Shown here in pieces: positions 11,510-21,600 of a stretch of DNA of 64,000 nucleotides. The notes beneath the pieces were generated by a model. That model did no database searches, was not told the DNA's origin, and saw only the letters and a program-made list of their open reading frames with translations. The stretch is from a virus: IMG/VR virus record IMGVR_UViG_3300032300_000577, positions 1,420 to 65,419 of that record; one strand, written 5' to 3'. A program made the position numbers and the translations under genes. Each line of letters begins with the position of its first letter. Position 1 is the first letter of the stretch.

Positions 11510-12511
11510 CTATAGCCTCTCATTATTGCATCTGATTGCGGTCATGGTTTCAATTGTATTATATTGGTCTGAGAGACGACATTTGATCAAATTATCTGTG
11601 TCTCCACTAAGAATTTGTACGTTGGTATATAGATTACTTACGGGTTGAGATAGGAATATTGTTCCACTAGGATTATCAAAAACAATGTAATCATTATTAA
11701 TTAGTGGACTAAAAGAATAATTATATGCAACGTTAGGTTGACCACTTATTTGTACAGTTAATAACTTTGGAGATTCGCAACAATCCAAGTCTAAAATATT
11801 AGAATCAAAACTTAGTGTAAAGTCTACTGGTTTAGGTAGCGGAGTTTGAGACTGACTTGGAGTAGGAGTAGGTGTCTGGGCTGTTGCAGACGGTGTGATC
11901 GTATTTGTTGGCGTGACAGTTCTTGTCGGAGTATTGGTCGGAGTAGTTGTGGGAGAAGATGTATTTGTTGGAGTATTGGTCGGAGTACTACTATTAGTAG
12001 GAGTTGCTGTTGAAGTAGGAGTATTAGTGGGGGTTTCTGTTGTTGTTGGAGTTTGAGTAGTAGTATTTGACGGAGTATTAGTTTGCGTAGAAGTCACTGT
12101 TGGTGTTACTGTCGAAGTGCTAGTTACTGTACTGGTTGGAGTATTAGTAGCTGTGGGGGTCATTGTTTGGGTCATTGTTGGAGTTTGCGTAACACACAAT
12201 AGTCCACACTCTATAGAAGCAAAATCCGTATATACATTTGTACCATTTAGGCTAATAGAAAGCTTAACTAAATGGGAACTAGCTCTTTCTATAATCCCAC
12301 TAATTTGTGCTGTTGTATATATATTACTTAATGATGAACTTGGTGTGTAAGAATAACCGCTTGGATTTAATAATACTGTTCCACTAGGAGTTGATCCCTG
12401 ATGAGTAAAATTAACAACATATGTATCATTTATACTTAAGGGAATTCCACTAAAAGGAATAACGATACCATCTTCACACTTACTAATTGAATAATTAAAA
12501 TTTTTAGACAT
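11510..12511 (-). CDS. Putative virion protein: two repeat domains joined by a ~115-aa Thr/Pro linker
   Basis: Translation. Confidence 0.7.
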   Translation of the reverse strand: MSKNFNYSISKCEDGIVIPFSGIPLSINDTYVVNFTHQGSTPSGTVLLNPSGYSYTPSSSLSNIYTTAQISGIIERASSHLVKLSISLNGTNVYTDFASIECGLLCVTQTPTMTQTMTPTATNTPTSTVTSTSTVTPTVTSTQTNTPSNTTTQTPTTTETPTNTPTSTATPTNSSTPTNTPTNTSSPTTTPTNTPTRTVTPTNTITPSATAQTPTPTPSQSQTPLPKPVDFTLSFDSNILDLDCCESPKLLTVQISGQPNVAYNYSFSPLINNDYIVFDNPSGTIFLSQPVSNLYTNVQILSGDTDNLIKCRLSDQYNTIETMTAIRCNNERL

Positions 12512-12520
12512 AATCTATTC

Positions 12521-13000
12521 CTATGAACAATCCCTACAGCATATCGAAGCTATATTTTCTGCTAATACAACACCATTTAGTTTAACAACAAACTTTATAA
12601 GAGTAATACTTTCTGAACCACGCATCTCTAATATGATGCTTGTGCTTCTGTTTGTGCTGGATGTTGGTAGTAATGATCCTGTTCTAGAACCTGTGAAAGT
12701 TACTCCATTATTATTTAAGTCAACAAATTCATAGGTATAGCTTTCTCCTAATGTTAGATTAGAAATACTAGCAGTTAATGTGTCTCCTGTACAACAGAAT
12801 GTTGAGAAATCACTAAATGTGATTACTGGTACAGTTGAGGCTGATGCAAACACTGGTAAATATTTAACTATCAATCCATTAGTTAGTTTTGAATATATGA
12901 TGCCAGTTGTGGCGTTCATTACAAGTTCTCCAACCTCTAACTGATTAGCTGCAGGAGGATTAGCTGTTGTTATATCTCTTTTTATTTTAAAGTTTGACAT
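12521..13000 (-). CDS. Putative fibre-associated protein (fibre-type N-terminus plus one repeat domain)
   Basis: FKIKR...P.A.QLEVGELVMN..TG.IY is a common phage fibre N-terminal pattern; NLTLGESYTYEF...SICCRDC. Confidence 0.6.
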   Translation of the reverse strand: MSNFKIKRDITTANPPAANQLEVGELVMNATTGIIYSKLTNGLIVKYLPVFASASTVPVITFSDFSTFCCTGDTLTASISNLTLGESYTYEFVDLNNNGVTFTGSRTGSLLPTSSTNRSTSIILEMRGSESITLIKFVVKLNGVVLAENIASICCRDCS

Positions 13001-15591
13001 TATGGTGCCACTCCACTAAATACTATTACTCCACAATCCATAAATATGTCTCCACTAACTTTGATTTTTTCAGCATATAAGTAGCCGTTCACAGTTAATG
13101 TAGCATATTGTGTCTCACTAATATTATATGGAATAGCTCCATTTACTACAACTTGTGACTCATCTTTACTATTGTCATTATAATCAGCATTAACATATAA
13201 TGCGTAATTACTTGATGATCCATAAACACCAAAGTCTATTTTTTTCTTATCTGAATTAAATAATGTTGATGTTCCTGGTCTAATGCTAAACCTATTTGTT
13301 GTTGGCCCATTATCAACTTGTGTACTAAGATAGGCTCCTCTTGTGGTGGAGTATATTGTAGCAACACCGCTGGATACGCCCATAGTAGCAACTAACAGAA
13401 CAGTATTTCCTCCCACAACACTTTGACCAGTAATAGTAGTATAATATACTGTACTATTTTTTGTTACTGATATTGTGTCTCCGGTAACAAACTCCTCTGC
13501 TGAAATAGTATCTGTTATAGTTATCTGGGTGCTACTATTAATAGTTGCATTTCTAGTTGGATATTTATTCCATGTTATATTTGCTCCGTCAAATATTAGG
13601 TCATATCCTGTTAGTGTTTTCCATTGAGCAACTCCATTACCCATATGAACTAACATAGCACCAGAAGGGAGTGGAGAATTTCTATCAATAACTAAACCAC
13701 TAGTAGCAATATATCCCTCTGTAAAAATATCTGGTTGGTTGCCATTTATTGTATACGATGTATTAGTATTTACTTTAACACTTTTACTAAAAACAATATT
13801 TGAGGTGCCAAGAGTGATTGGTGCATAGTTTGTTAGTTTTGAATTTGACAATGTTAAAAGATAATTATCTGTTAAACTGGGAATTATTAAGTCTGTGTTA
13901 ATATTTAGTCCACTACCATTTACATAAATATTTGATAGTCCAGAGACTGAAACATCTCCATTTTTAACAACAAGACCACTATTATTTCCTAGGATAAGAT
14001 CGTCAATATTATAATCACTAGCATAAATATTTTGACCACTCATTAACACTATCTGACCGTCAGCGTATGAAGAACTAAATCTGTATTCATTAGACGTTAC
14101 GCCAGATGCTAAAACCCCTCCATGAACATCAAGCCTAGTTGTTGGAGTTTTGCCAACACCAAGATTACCCCCAATAAATTTAGTAGATAATGATCCACTA
14201 TTTTGTATTTCAATAGAATTATTTTGAATAACAACTTGATCATTATTTTTGCCAATAACAACGCTATTATTACCAGAACAAGTTAAAGAATTACCAAAGA
14301 GAGCATTATTACTTCCAGTGACTGTATTATTCTTGCCAACGACCACATGATCTCCACTGGTTGAATTCCCGTGACCTATTTTAATATGATTCTTACCAAG
14401 TTCTACTATATTTACATTATTATTGTTGTCTATAACATCTATTAGTAAAGATCCACGAGATGTTGCTGTTGCAGAATCTAGGATTTTGGACTTAATGGAG
14501 GCATAATTTGTTTGATTAGCCGTCTCATTTTTTCCTGCTAAATTAATTATTGCCGGATAATCACCAGAAGATGGGACTGTTGTTGGTCTATGATAAAGAG
14601 TTAATACTGATGGATTGGTGGAATGTCTATTTTCAACCCTGATACTTTCTGAACAAGCATTTTGGAAAATATGCAATGGAACCTGTGGAACATAATTAGG
14701 TGGCATATTTAAGCCAAGCTTGCCGTCAGAATCAAAAAATAAATTCTTTCCAGACTTACCATTAACAATAAAATTATAACTACCATTATTTACATTAAAT
14801 TCATTATGACCAGAAGCTCTTAGTATACTAGTATAATCAGAATTGTCTCCTATTAATAAATCATGATTAGCATTCGTATAAAGATTTGATCCTCCAAATC
14901 CACCACTTCCGTTATTAACTTGAAGTGAGTATGATGATCCTTGTGGAGATCCAGACTGAACAACAATATTTTGTTCTAAAGATAACCAACCTGATCCAGT
15001 AGATATAAATTGGTTGTGGTCATCAGTTGATATTGTGTAAGAACTACCATCGTTAATAGTTTGAGAACCAGATGGCTTAACGTGAAGAGTATGATTATTT
15101 GTAGCATTAATGGTTTTGAAGTCAACTACTAGTCCAGCATTAGCAGATGTTGCAGAAGGTAGTAGTCCTGATGAGCTTGATGAATATAGGTCAACAAGAT
15201 ATGTTGCGCGATAGGATTCTACGTTAAAATTACCTGATGTAGAAACAAAGTTATTAAAAGCATTTTTACTATTAACTTCGTTGGGAACAATATATATTGC
15301 TTTGCTTCCTGCGGTACTAAATGCCACAGTATTATTACTATTAGAAGAACTAACTATTGATCCTCTTTGTATGGCTAATCCATTTCCACTGGAGACTACG
15401 GTGCCAATTCCTGACTCAAATTCTAGTTCACCATTATTGAATATATTACGGGCTAAATATGATATTCTACTATTAAGATGGCTATTATTTATTGGATTAT
15501 AACCTGGAGTTGACCCATTTGGTACTATTGTTCCATTGCTATAATTAAAAGTACTCGCTATGTTATCAAATAGTTTTATTATATTGGTCAT
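13000..15591 (-). CDS. Putative tail fibre/baseplate-associated protein
   Basis: 863 aa, Asn/Ser/Gly-rich beta-type sequence, GNLGVGKTPTTRLDVHG fibre motif, immediately downstream of the TMP. Confidence 0.6.
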   Translation of the reverse strand: MTNIIKLFDNIASTFNYSNGTIVPNGSTPGYNPINNSHLNSRISYLARNIFNNGELEFESGIGTVVSSGNGLAIQRGSIVSSSNSNNTVAFSTAGSKAIYIVPNEVNSKNAFNNFVSTSGNFNVESYRATYLVDLYSSSSSGLLPSATSANAGLVVDFKTINATNNHTLHVKPSGSQTINDGSSYTISTDDHNQFISTGSGWLSLEQNIVVQSGSPQGSSYSLQVNNGSGGFGGSNLYTNANHDLLIGDNSDYTSILRASGHNEFNVNNGSYNFIVNGKSGKNLFFDSDGKLGLNMPPNYVPQVPLHIFQNACSESIRVENRHSTNPSVLTLYHRPTTVPSSGDYPAIINLAGKNETANQTNYASIKSKILDSATATSRGSLLIDVIDNNNNVNIVELGKNHIKIGHGNSTSGDHVVVGKNNTVTGSNNALFGNSLTCSGNNSVVIGKNNDQVVIQNNSIEIQNSGSLSTKFIGGNLGVGKTPTTRLDVHGGVLASGVTSNEYRFSSSYADGQIVLMSGQNIYASDYNIDDLILGNNSGLVVKNGDVSVSGLSNIYVNGSGLNINTDLIIPSLTDNYLLTLSNSKLTNYAPITLGTSNIVFSKSVKVNTNTSYTINGNQPDIFTEGYIATSGLVIDRNSPLPSGAMLVHMGNGVAQWKTLTGYDLIFDGANITWNKYPTRNATINSSTQITITDTISAEEFVTGDTISVTKNSTVYYTTITGQSVVGGNTVLLVATMGVSSGVATIYSTTRGAYLSTQVDNGPTTNRFSIRPGTSTLFNSDKKKIDFGVYGSSSNYALYVNADYNDNSKDESQVVVNGAIPYNISETQYATLTVNGYLYAEKIKVSGDIFMDCGVIVFSGVAP

Positions 15592-15604
15592 TTATTAGTC
15601 TTTC

Positions 15605-18600
15605 TTAAACTTGTTGTCCACCCATAACTCCAGGACTTCTAGCTGCTCCTTCTCCTGTTGTTGCTTGATCATATCTTGCTAATTGTTCACCAGCTTGTTT
15701 CATAACATTACTGGCCAATGCTGGTCCTAGATTGTTCATTACTTCTGCGCCATTAAGGGTAATATTAACTCCTAGCTGCTCACTAGTTAATCTAATTTCA
15801 GTTGGAATATTAACTTCTGCTAATTTGGTCAATAAAGTATCCAACTTACTAGCAAAAGCTTCAAACCCATTGTTGGATAATACACCAGCCCCTTGGTTTT
15901 GTGATGCTTGTCCTTGAGGAGTACGAGGTGCTGCTACTGGAGCACCCATTGGAGCAGATGCTTGTGGTGCTGCTGATGAGCCTGATGACCCCGAAGTTGC
16001 TGCTGTTCCAGGAGGTTGATTATTTTGAGCAGCGGCTTGTGTTGGGTTAGGATTCTCTAATAGTCTTGATCCTAATTTCTGCTTCATCTTTTCACGGGTC
16101 TCTTCATTAAAGCCACTTAAATATTGTTGTTGTTTTTGATATCTACTTTGCTCATATTGTTTTCTCTTCTGTTCTCTAATTTCATTATAAGACATTGGTC
16201 CTTGACGCTGTGGCTGACTTGGGGCAGTTTGACTACCAGCATTATTTGCTGTAGCTGCATTTGTGGCAGCTGCATTATTTTGCTCTGCAGCTTTTCTTTC
16301 AGCATCAAGATTTGCTTTAGACTGTTGTGATGCGTCAACTGCGTTAGCTGGTGGAGTGAAAACTGCTTGAGCTTGAGACGCTCCATAAACTGTTGGTGCT
16401 GGAGTAGCCGCTCCTGTTGTTTGTGGTGTTGTTCGTGTTGGTGCTGCTGGTTGTCCTGTTGCTGTCGCAGGTAGCGGAGCAGCGGCTTGTTGGCCTGTTC
16501 CTGTTGCTGGTACTGGAGCAGCAGCTTGTTGACCATTTGCTGCGCCTTGCGCTCCGGTAGCCTGTTGTGGTTTTGGAGGAGTTGCTGCAGGAGGTGGCTG
16601 GGTACCTTCGGCCATTTCTTGTAATTTTTGCTTGCGCTTATTAAATTCTTCTTCTGTTTCTCCACTTAGTTTATGGTCATCATAGGTCATTGTACTAGCT
16701 GAGGCTGATAAATTCTTTCTACCCTTTGCGTCTCCTGAGAAAACAGCATTTTCTTGTTGTGCTGCCAACATAGTTCTTTTAGCTTCTTCTTTTTCATCTG
16801 CTGTAGCCGTACCAGAACTTAGTATTTTTTGTGCTTCTGCTATTTTTCCTTCATTCTCAGCTTTCCTAGCTTTTACTTCTTCTTCTCCTAATGGAGCTTT
16901 ACCTTGAGGAGCCCCTTGTTTTCCAGCTTCTCCTGGTGGGGTTATGCCAATCTGTTTACCTTCAGCAACTGCTACTCTTACAGCTTCTGCTCCTGCTATC
17001 ATAGCAGCTAATACGGCTGCTCCCGTTTTTGTGGTTAGGGCTTCTGCCTCTTGAGCTATTAATTCTTTTGCAGCGTCGTTAGCTGCTTGAAGAGCTGCCT
17101 GTTGTCCATTTAAAGCGTCTTTTAGTGCTGCTACTTTAGGATCTTCGCCCGGCCCCTTCTTCATCATATCAATATAATCTTTCATGCTCTTATCACCAAT
17201 CATCATCTTTGAAGTATCTTGTCCTCTAGCAGCAAACATACTTTCATAAACACTACCCATCATCTTGGACTGAGCGGTTGGATCAACAGCCCCTAATAAT
17301 GGAGCTAATTCTTTTGCCATATCAATGGTGTCGCCACTTTCCTTAGCATATGCTTCTTGAGCCGATCTTTGGGCTTGCATATGACTACCGCCCTGTCTTC
17401 TAACCTGATTATAGGCAGTATTAGCAGAATAAGACTCTTGGAAACTAACACCCTTACCAGATAGTGTTTTATTCAAATTATTGAATGTATTTCCCATCTT
17501 CCTAAGATCTTTTGGAGTTGATGTTAGCATCTTTTCCATCAAGCCACCAGCAGCAGCAAGTTTAGCAGCTCGTTCTTGCATAACATCTTGTAACTCTTGC
17601 ATGATTCCACCAATGTTCTCTTTAATATCATTTGGTAGATTCATGATTTCATCACGAGCCTGTTGTGTAGCCTGAGCAAATTCAGCAGTAGTATTGGCAG
17701 CGGTCTGCATAGCATTTGACGCTGCTTTAATTTGATTTTCATCTCCACTTAATAATGTTGGTCTATTAGCTTCGGTAATTTGTTGTTGTGCTGTTGCTGC
17801 GGTTCCTGTGGCTTTATTTAACTGATTATATCTATTTAACATAGCTTGGGGACTAGCTGCAACTTGAGCACTAGTTCCTAATCTTGTTGCTCTAGCCTGA
17901 TTTCTAACGCCAGCATCAGCTTGATACGAAATCTTTTCTCCAGTAGCTCTCTTAAAAGCTAGTGTACTATTAGCAACTGTAGAATACGTATCAGCATCTC
18001 TATTACGAATTTCCTGACCCTTGCCAGCTGATTTTTGAGCAGCATCTCCCATCATACCAATTGCTTTTCCCGCACTTGCTGCTTGTGCTTGTAAAGCTGC
18101 AAATACCTCTTTAGAAGAAGCCATCTTATTTGCTAATTCTGGTACTGCTTTAATTAAATCATTAAAATTTACCTGAGTAATATCTCCTTTAAATCCTTCT
18201 AAAAAGGTGTTTATTTCTTTGGTCATACCAGAAGCAATCTCTGGACCAAAAGCTTGTTCAACAGTGCCTAACATAGCTTTCTTAACAGCTGCTCTTGCAG
18301 AGTTATCGTCTCCACCCTGTGCTTTTACTTCCTGCATAGCCATACCAAAGTTTTGTTCTAGTTTACGAGGAAGCATTGCCGATTGAACCATAGCTTCAGA
18401 GCTTGATCCTGCCATAGAAGAATTTTGACGAAGAGCACCTTCAACATCATTCATTGAATATGCTTCTGGATTAGATAGAATATCTGCTGATTGTGATATT
18501 TGTCCTTGTTGTACTGCTGCCATTGGATTATCAACAGCATCAATTCCCAGTTTACCATTTTCCATTACTTTGTCTGCTCTAGCAGCAGCAGCACTTAAAG

Positions 18601-21600
18601 CATTAGCCATCTTCTCAAACGAGACTGTAACTTTTTGCATTGCTCTTGATAGTTTTTCGTTTTCTTTTGCATTCTTGATGGCTTCTTCTTTGACTTTTAA
18701 TTCGGCCATTCCTCTTTGTATAGCAGCTTGATAGGCTTCTTCGTATTTTTTACTACCTTTAGAGGATGTTTCTTTTACTTTTTGAAATTCAACGTCAGTA
18801 TCTGCTATACTACTTGCCATAGCGTTCCATTGTTCAGGTTTCATTGAAGCTCGAACTTGATCTAACGTTTTACCACTACGTTCCATTTCTGCTGCTAAGA
18901 AATTAGTGTTGGCATCAGATGCGTCTTGAGCAGAATCTGCTCTTTCTTGTGCTGTTTTACGAGGTTTGCTGGAGAACATCCCAGTTTTTTGTAAGCCTGA
19001 TGTTTGTTCTTGAGCAGAGAGTTCTGTCATTGCCATGGTTGACTGAAGAGCTTCGTCTCTTGCCCTATTTCTGGTTTCGACAGAGACCTCCTTATTTCCC
19101 ATTACTCCAAGCTTTTGTCCAAACCTCTTGCTCTGCCTACCCATTTTATCTCGACGTTGCTCATCTTCAAATTGTTTGCCTATTTCTCCGCTGTTCATGT
19201 AGGCATATCCGGCTCCTGCGGCAGCTCCTAATCCGGCACCAACAGCACCTCCAACCACAGTTCCAACGCCGGGAACAACAGACCCTATCATACTACCCAT
19301 CATCAGCCCAGTGCTAGCACCAGCTACTATACTTCCTCCGTAGTTAGAAGCTTGTCTTCCTTCTAAGGTTTTTTCTCCTCCTAAGCCTTTTGCATATTGC
19401 TCAACAGCAGCACTACCAGCCATCGATACTGCCATTTGTCCCATATAACCACCCATACCACCCATACCGCCACCGCCCCTACTAGAAACAGGAGCGGCTG
19501 GAGCAGCTGCTCTGCCAACACGACCTCTTCGTCCGCGACGACCACCTGGACCACCACTACCGGAACCACCGCCATCCATAGGTCCGACAGGTACGATAGG
19601 TCCAGCACCTCCGACTGAGTTATTATCTAATTTATCCATAGTTCGGTTCATTTTTGCGCGAGCTAATATTCCCTCAGACCCACCCTTTCTAATGGCATCT
19701 GTGCCAGCTCCACCCTTACCAAACCCAGCATCTATTAACGCTTGTTTCTTTGATTTTCCTGCTGCTGTTTTTTCTCTTTTTTCAAAATCTGAATTTATTT
19801 CTGGTATTTGGTCTTTTGCACTATGGAACATGGCTTTACTTTTACTTCCTCTTCCAAATGCTCCATCATAATCTTCTTTAGTAATCCTCCCTGACTTTAG
19901 TGCTGTCTGAGCCTGTCCCTTTGTCATTCCTGCTAATTTTCCTTGTGTTGCAACTACTGTTCTTTGTAATCCTACAAAATTAGCCATTAATCCAGTAACA
20001 CCCCCTCCAATTTTTGCAAAGCCTGCTCCAAGTGAAGCAAACATAGTCGAAAAATTTGCTTTTCCAAAAGATGCTGCAAAATTACCAACAGATAATGAAG
20101 CTGAGCCTAGAGCTTTGCTAAAATTCCCCGATAATTGAGTACTCGCAGCAGCCAAAAGAGATCCTTGATTATTTTTATTTTTAGCAGAAAATTTTAAAGT
20201 GTCTAATTGTCCTTGTCCTTGTGCTGTTTTTATTCTTCCATAACTTTGCATTGCTGGAGAAAATCCTGCAGAATTAGCCTTTCTACTATCAAGTCTTTCT
20301 AAACTTTTTTGTTTAGCTACTATTCTAGCTTGAGCTTCTGCTGCATCTCTATCTTGAATATCTTGACCTACTTTTGTAGCAGCATTTGACTCTATAATTC
20401 TTTGGCCGGTTTTTTTCTCATCAAGTATAATATCTTTTCTTTCTTGAGTTGCATCTGCTCCAACAATACCAGATTTTCTTTGCCTACGATTTGATCTTTG
20501 TTGTGCAACGTGTTCTTCTACGGTAAGTCCACCAACATCTTTTGGCTCTAAGGGAGCGTTTATTCTCTTGCCCTTGCCGTTTCCATGAAATAATCCTGGA
20601 GCAGCTTTTCTTTCTACTGCCTCTCTACCTGTTGCAGACATAGGACTATGATGAGACGGCGTTGGTCCAGTCTCCACATATCCGGGCAGTCTTTTCCCTG
20701 TTTTTTGAAAATATGCTTCTCTTTTTTCTGCTAATGTTTTAGACACTGCTGTAGCAGTAATTGCTTGAGGAGCACTGGTTGGTGTAGCAGAAAGAGATCC
20801 TGTTCTGGCAGTGGTCGGATCGCTAGACATGATATTAGTAACTTCTTTGATCCTAGCATTACTTTTTGCTTTTATTTTATTATTTTGAGCTAAGCCTGCT
20901 GCGGAACCTCTATTGTCAAAGAATTCTCTTTCTCTCTGTGATACTTCTTTGGGTATAACTCTTCCAGTTTTGACTTGTTCTTTTTTCTGTGTTTCTCTTT
21001 GAATAATAGCATTAGATGCTGTAAATCTTTCTTGTTTTTTTCTAATCTCAGCTAATTTTGTATGACTTTTAGTTTTCTTAGCTTTATCTTCTAAATATGC
21101 TCCATAGTCCACGTATCCTCTTTGTGTAGCTCCTTGATTTCTTTGTTCTACATAGTTTTGAGCTTCAGATAAAACAGTAGATTTTACACCGGGGGTTGTT
21201 ATTCCGAAAGTCGTATTATTTTTTTTAGCTTCATTAGCATAATATTTCATACCACTAATATAACCTTTAGGTTTTTGTGGTTTTCCTTTATTTTCTACTC
21301 TCTCTTTTGCAGTAGCTACTCTGCCTAGTCTGTCTCTTTCATCAAGATCTTTTTGGTTTTGTACTACTCTTTGACTACCGGCAATAACATCTTCTAGGTC
21401 ACTATTAGATATAGGAACACCCATTTTAGTTCTTACTGCTTGATTAGCCTGTTTCTTGGCTTTGCTTGTTGCTTTTGATATTTCTTTTTTGTCTGTCATA
21501 TTCCTAATACCAAGCTTATCCTTGCTCTTTTCAAATGCTTCGTTGTGAGTTGTTGTTATGATAGATGCTGCTTCGTGACTAGCTTTCAAAGAACCGACAG

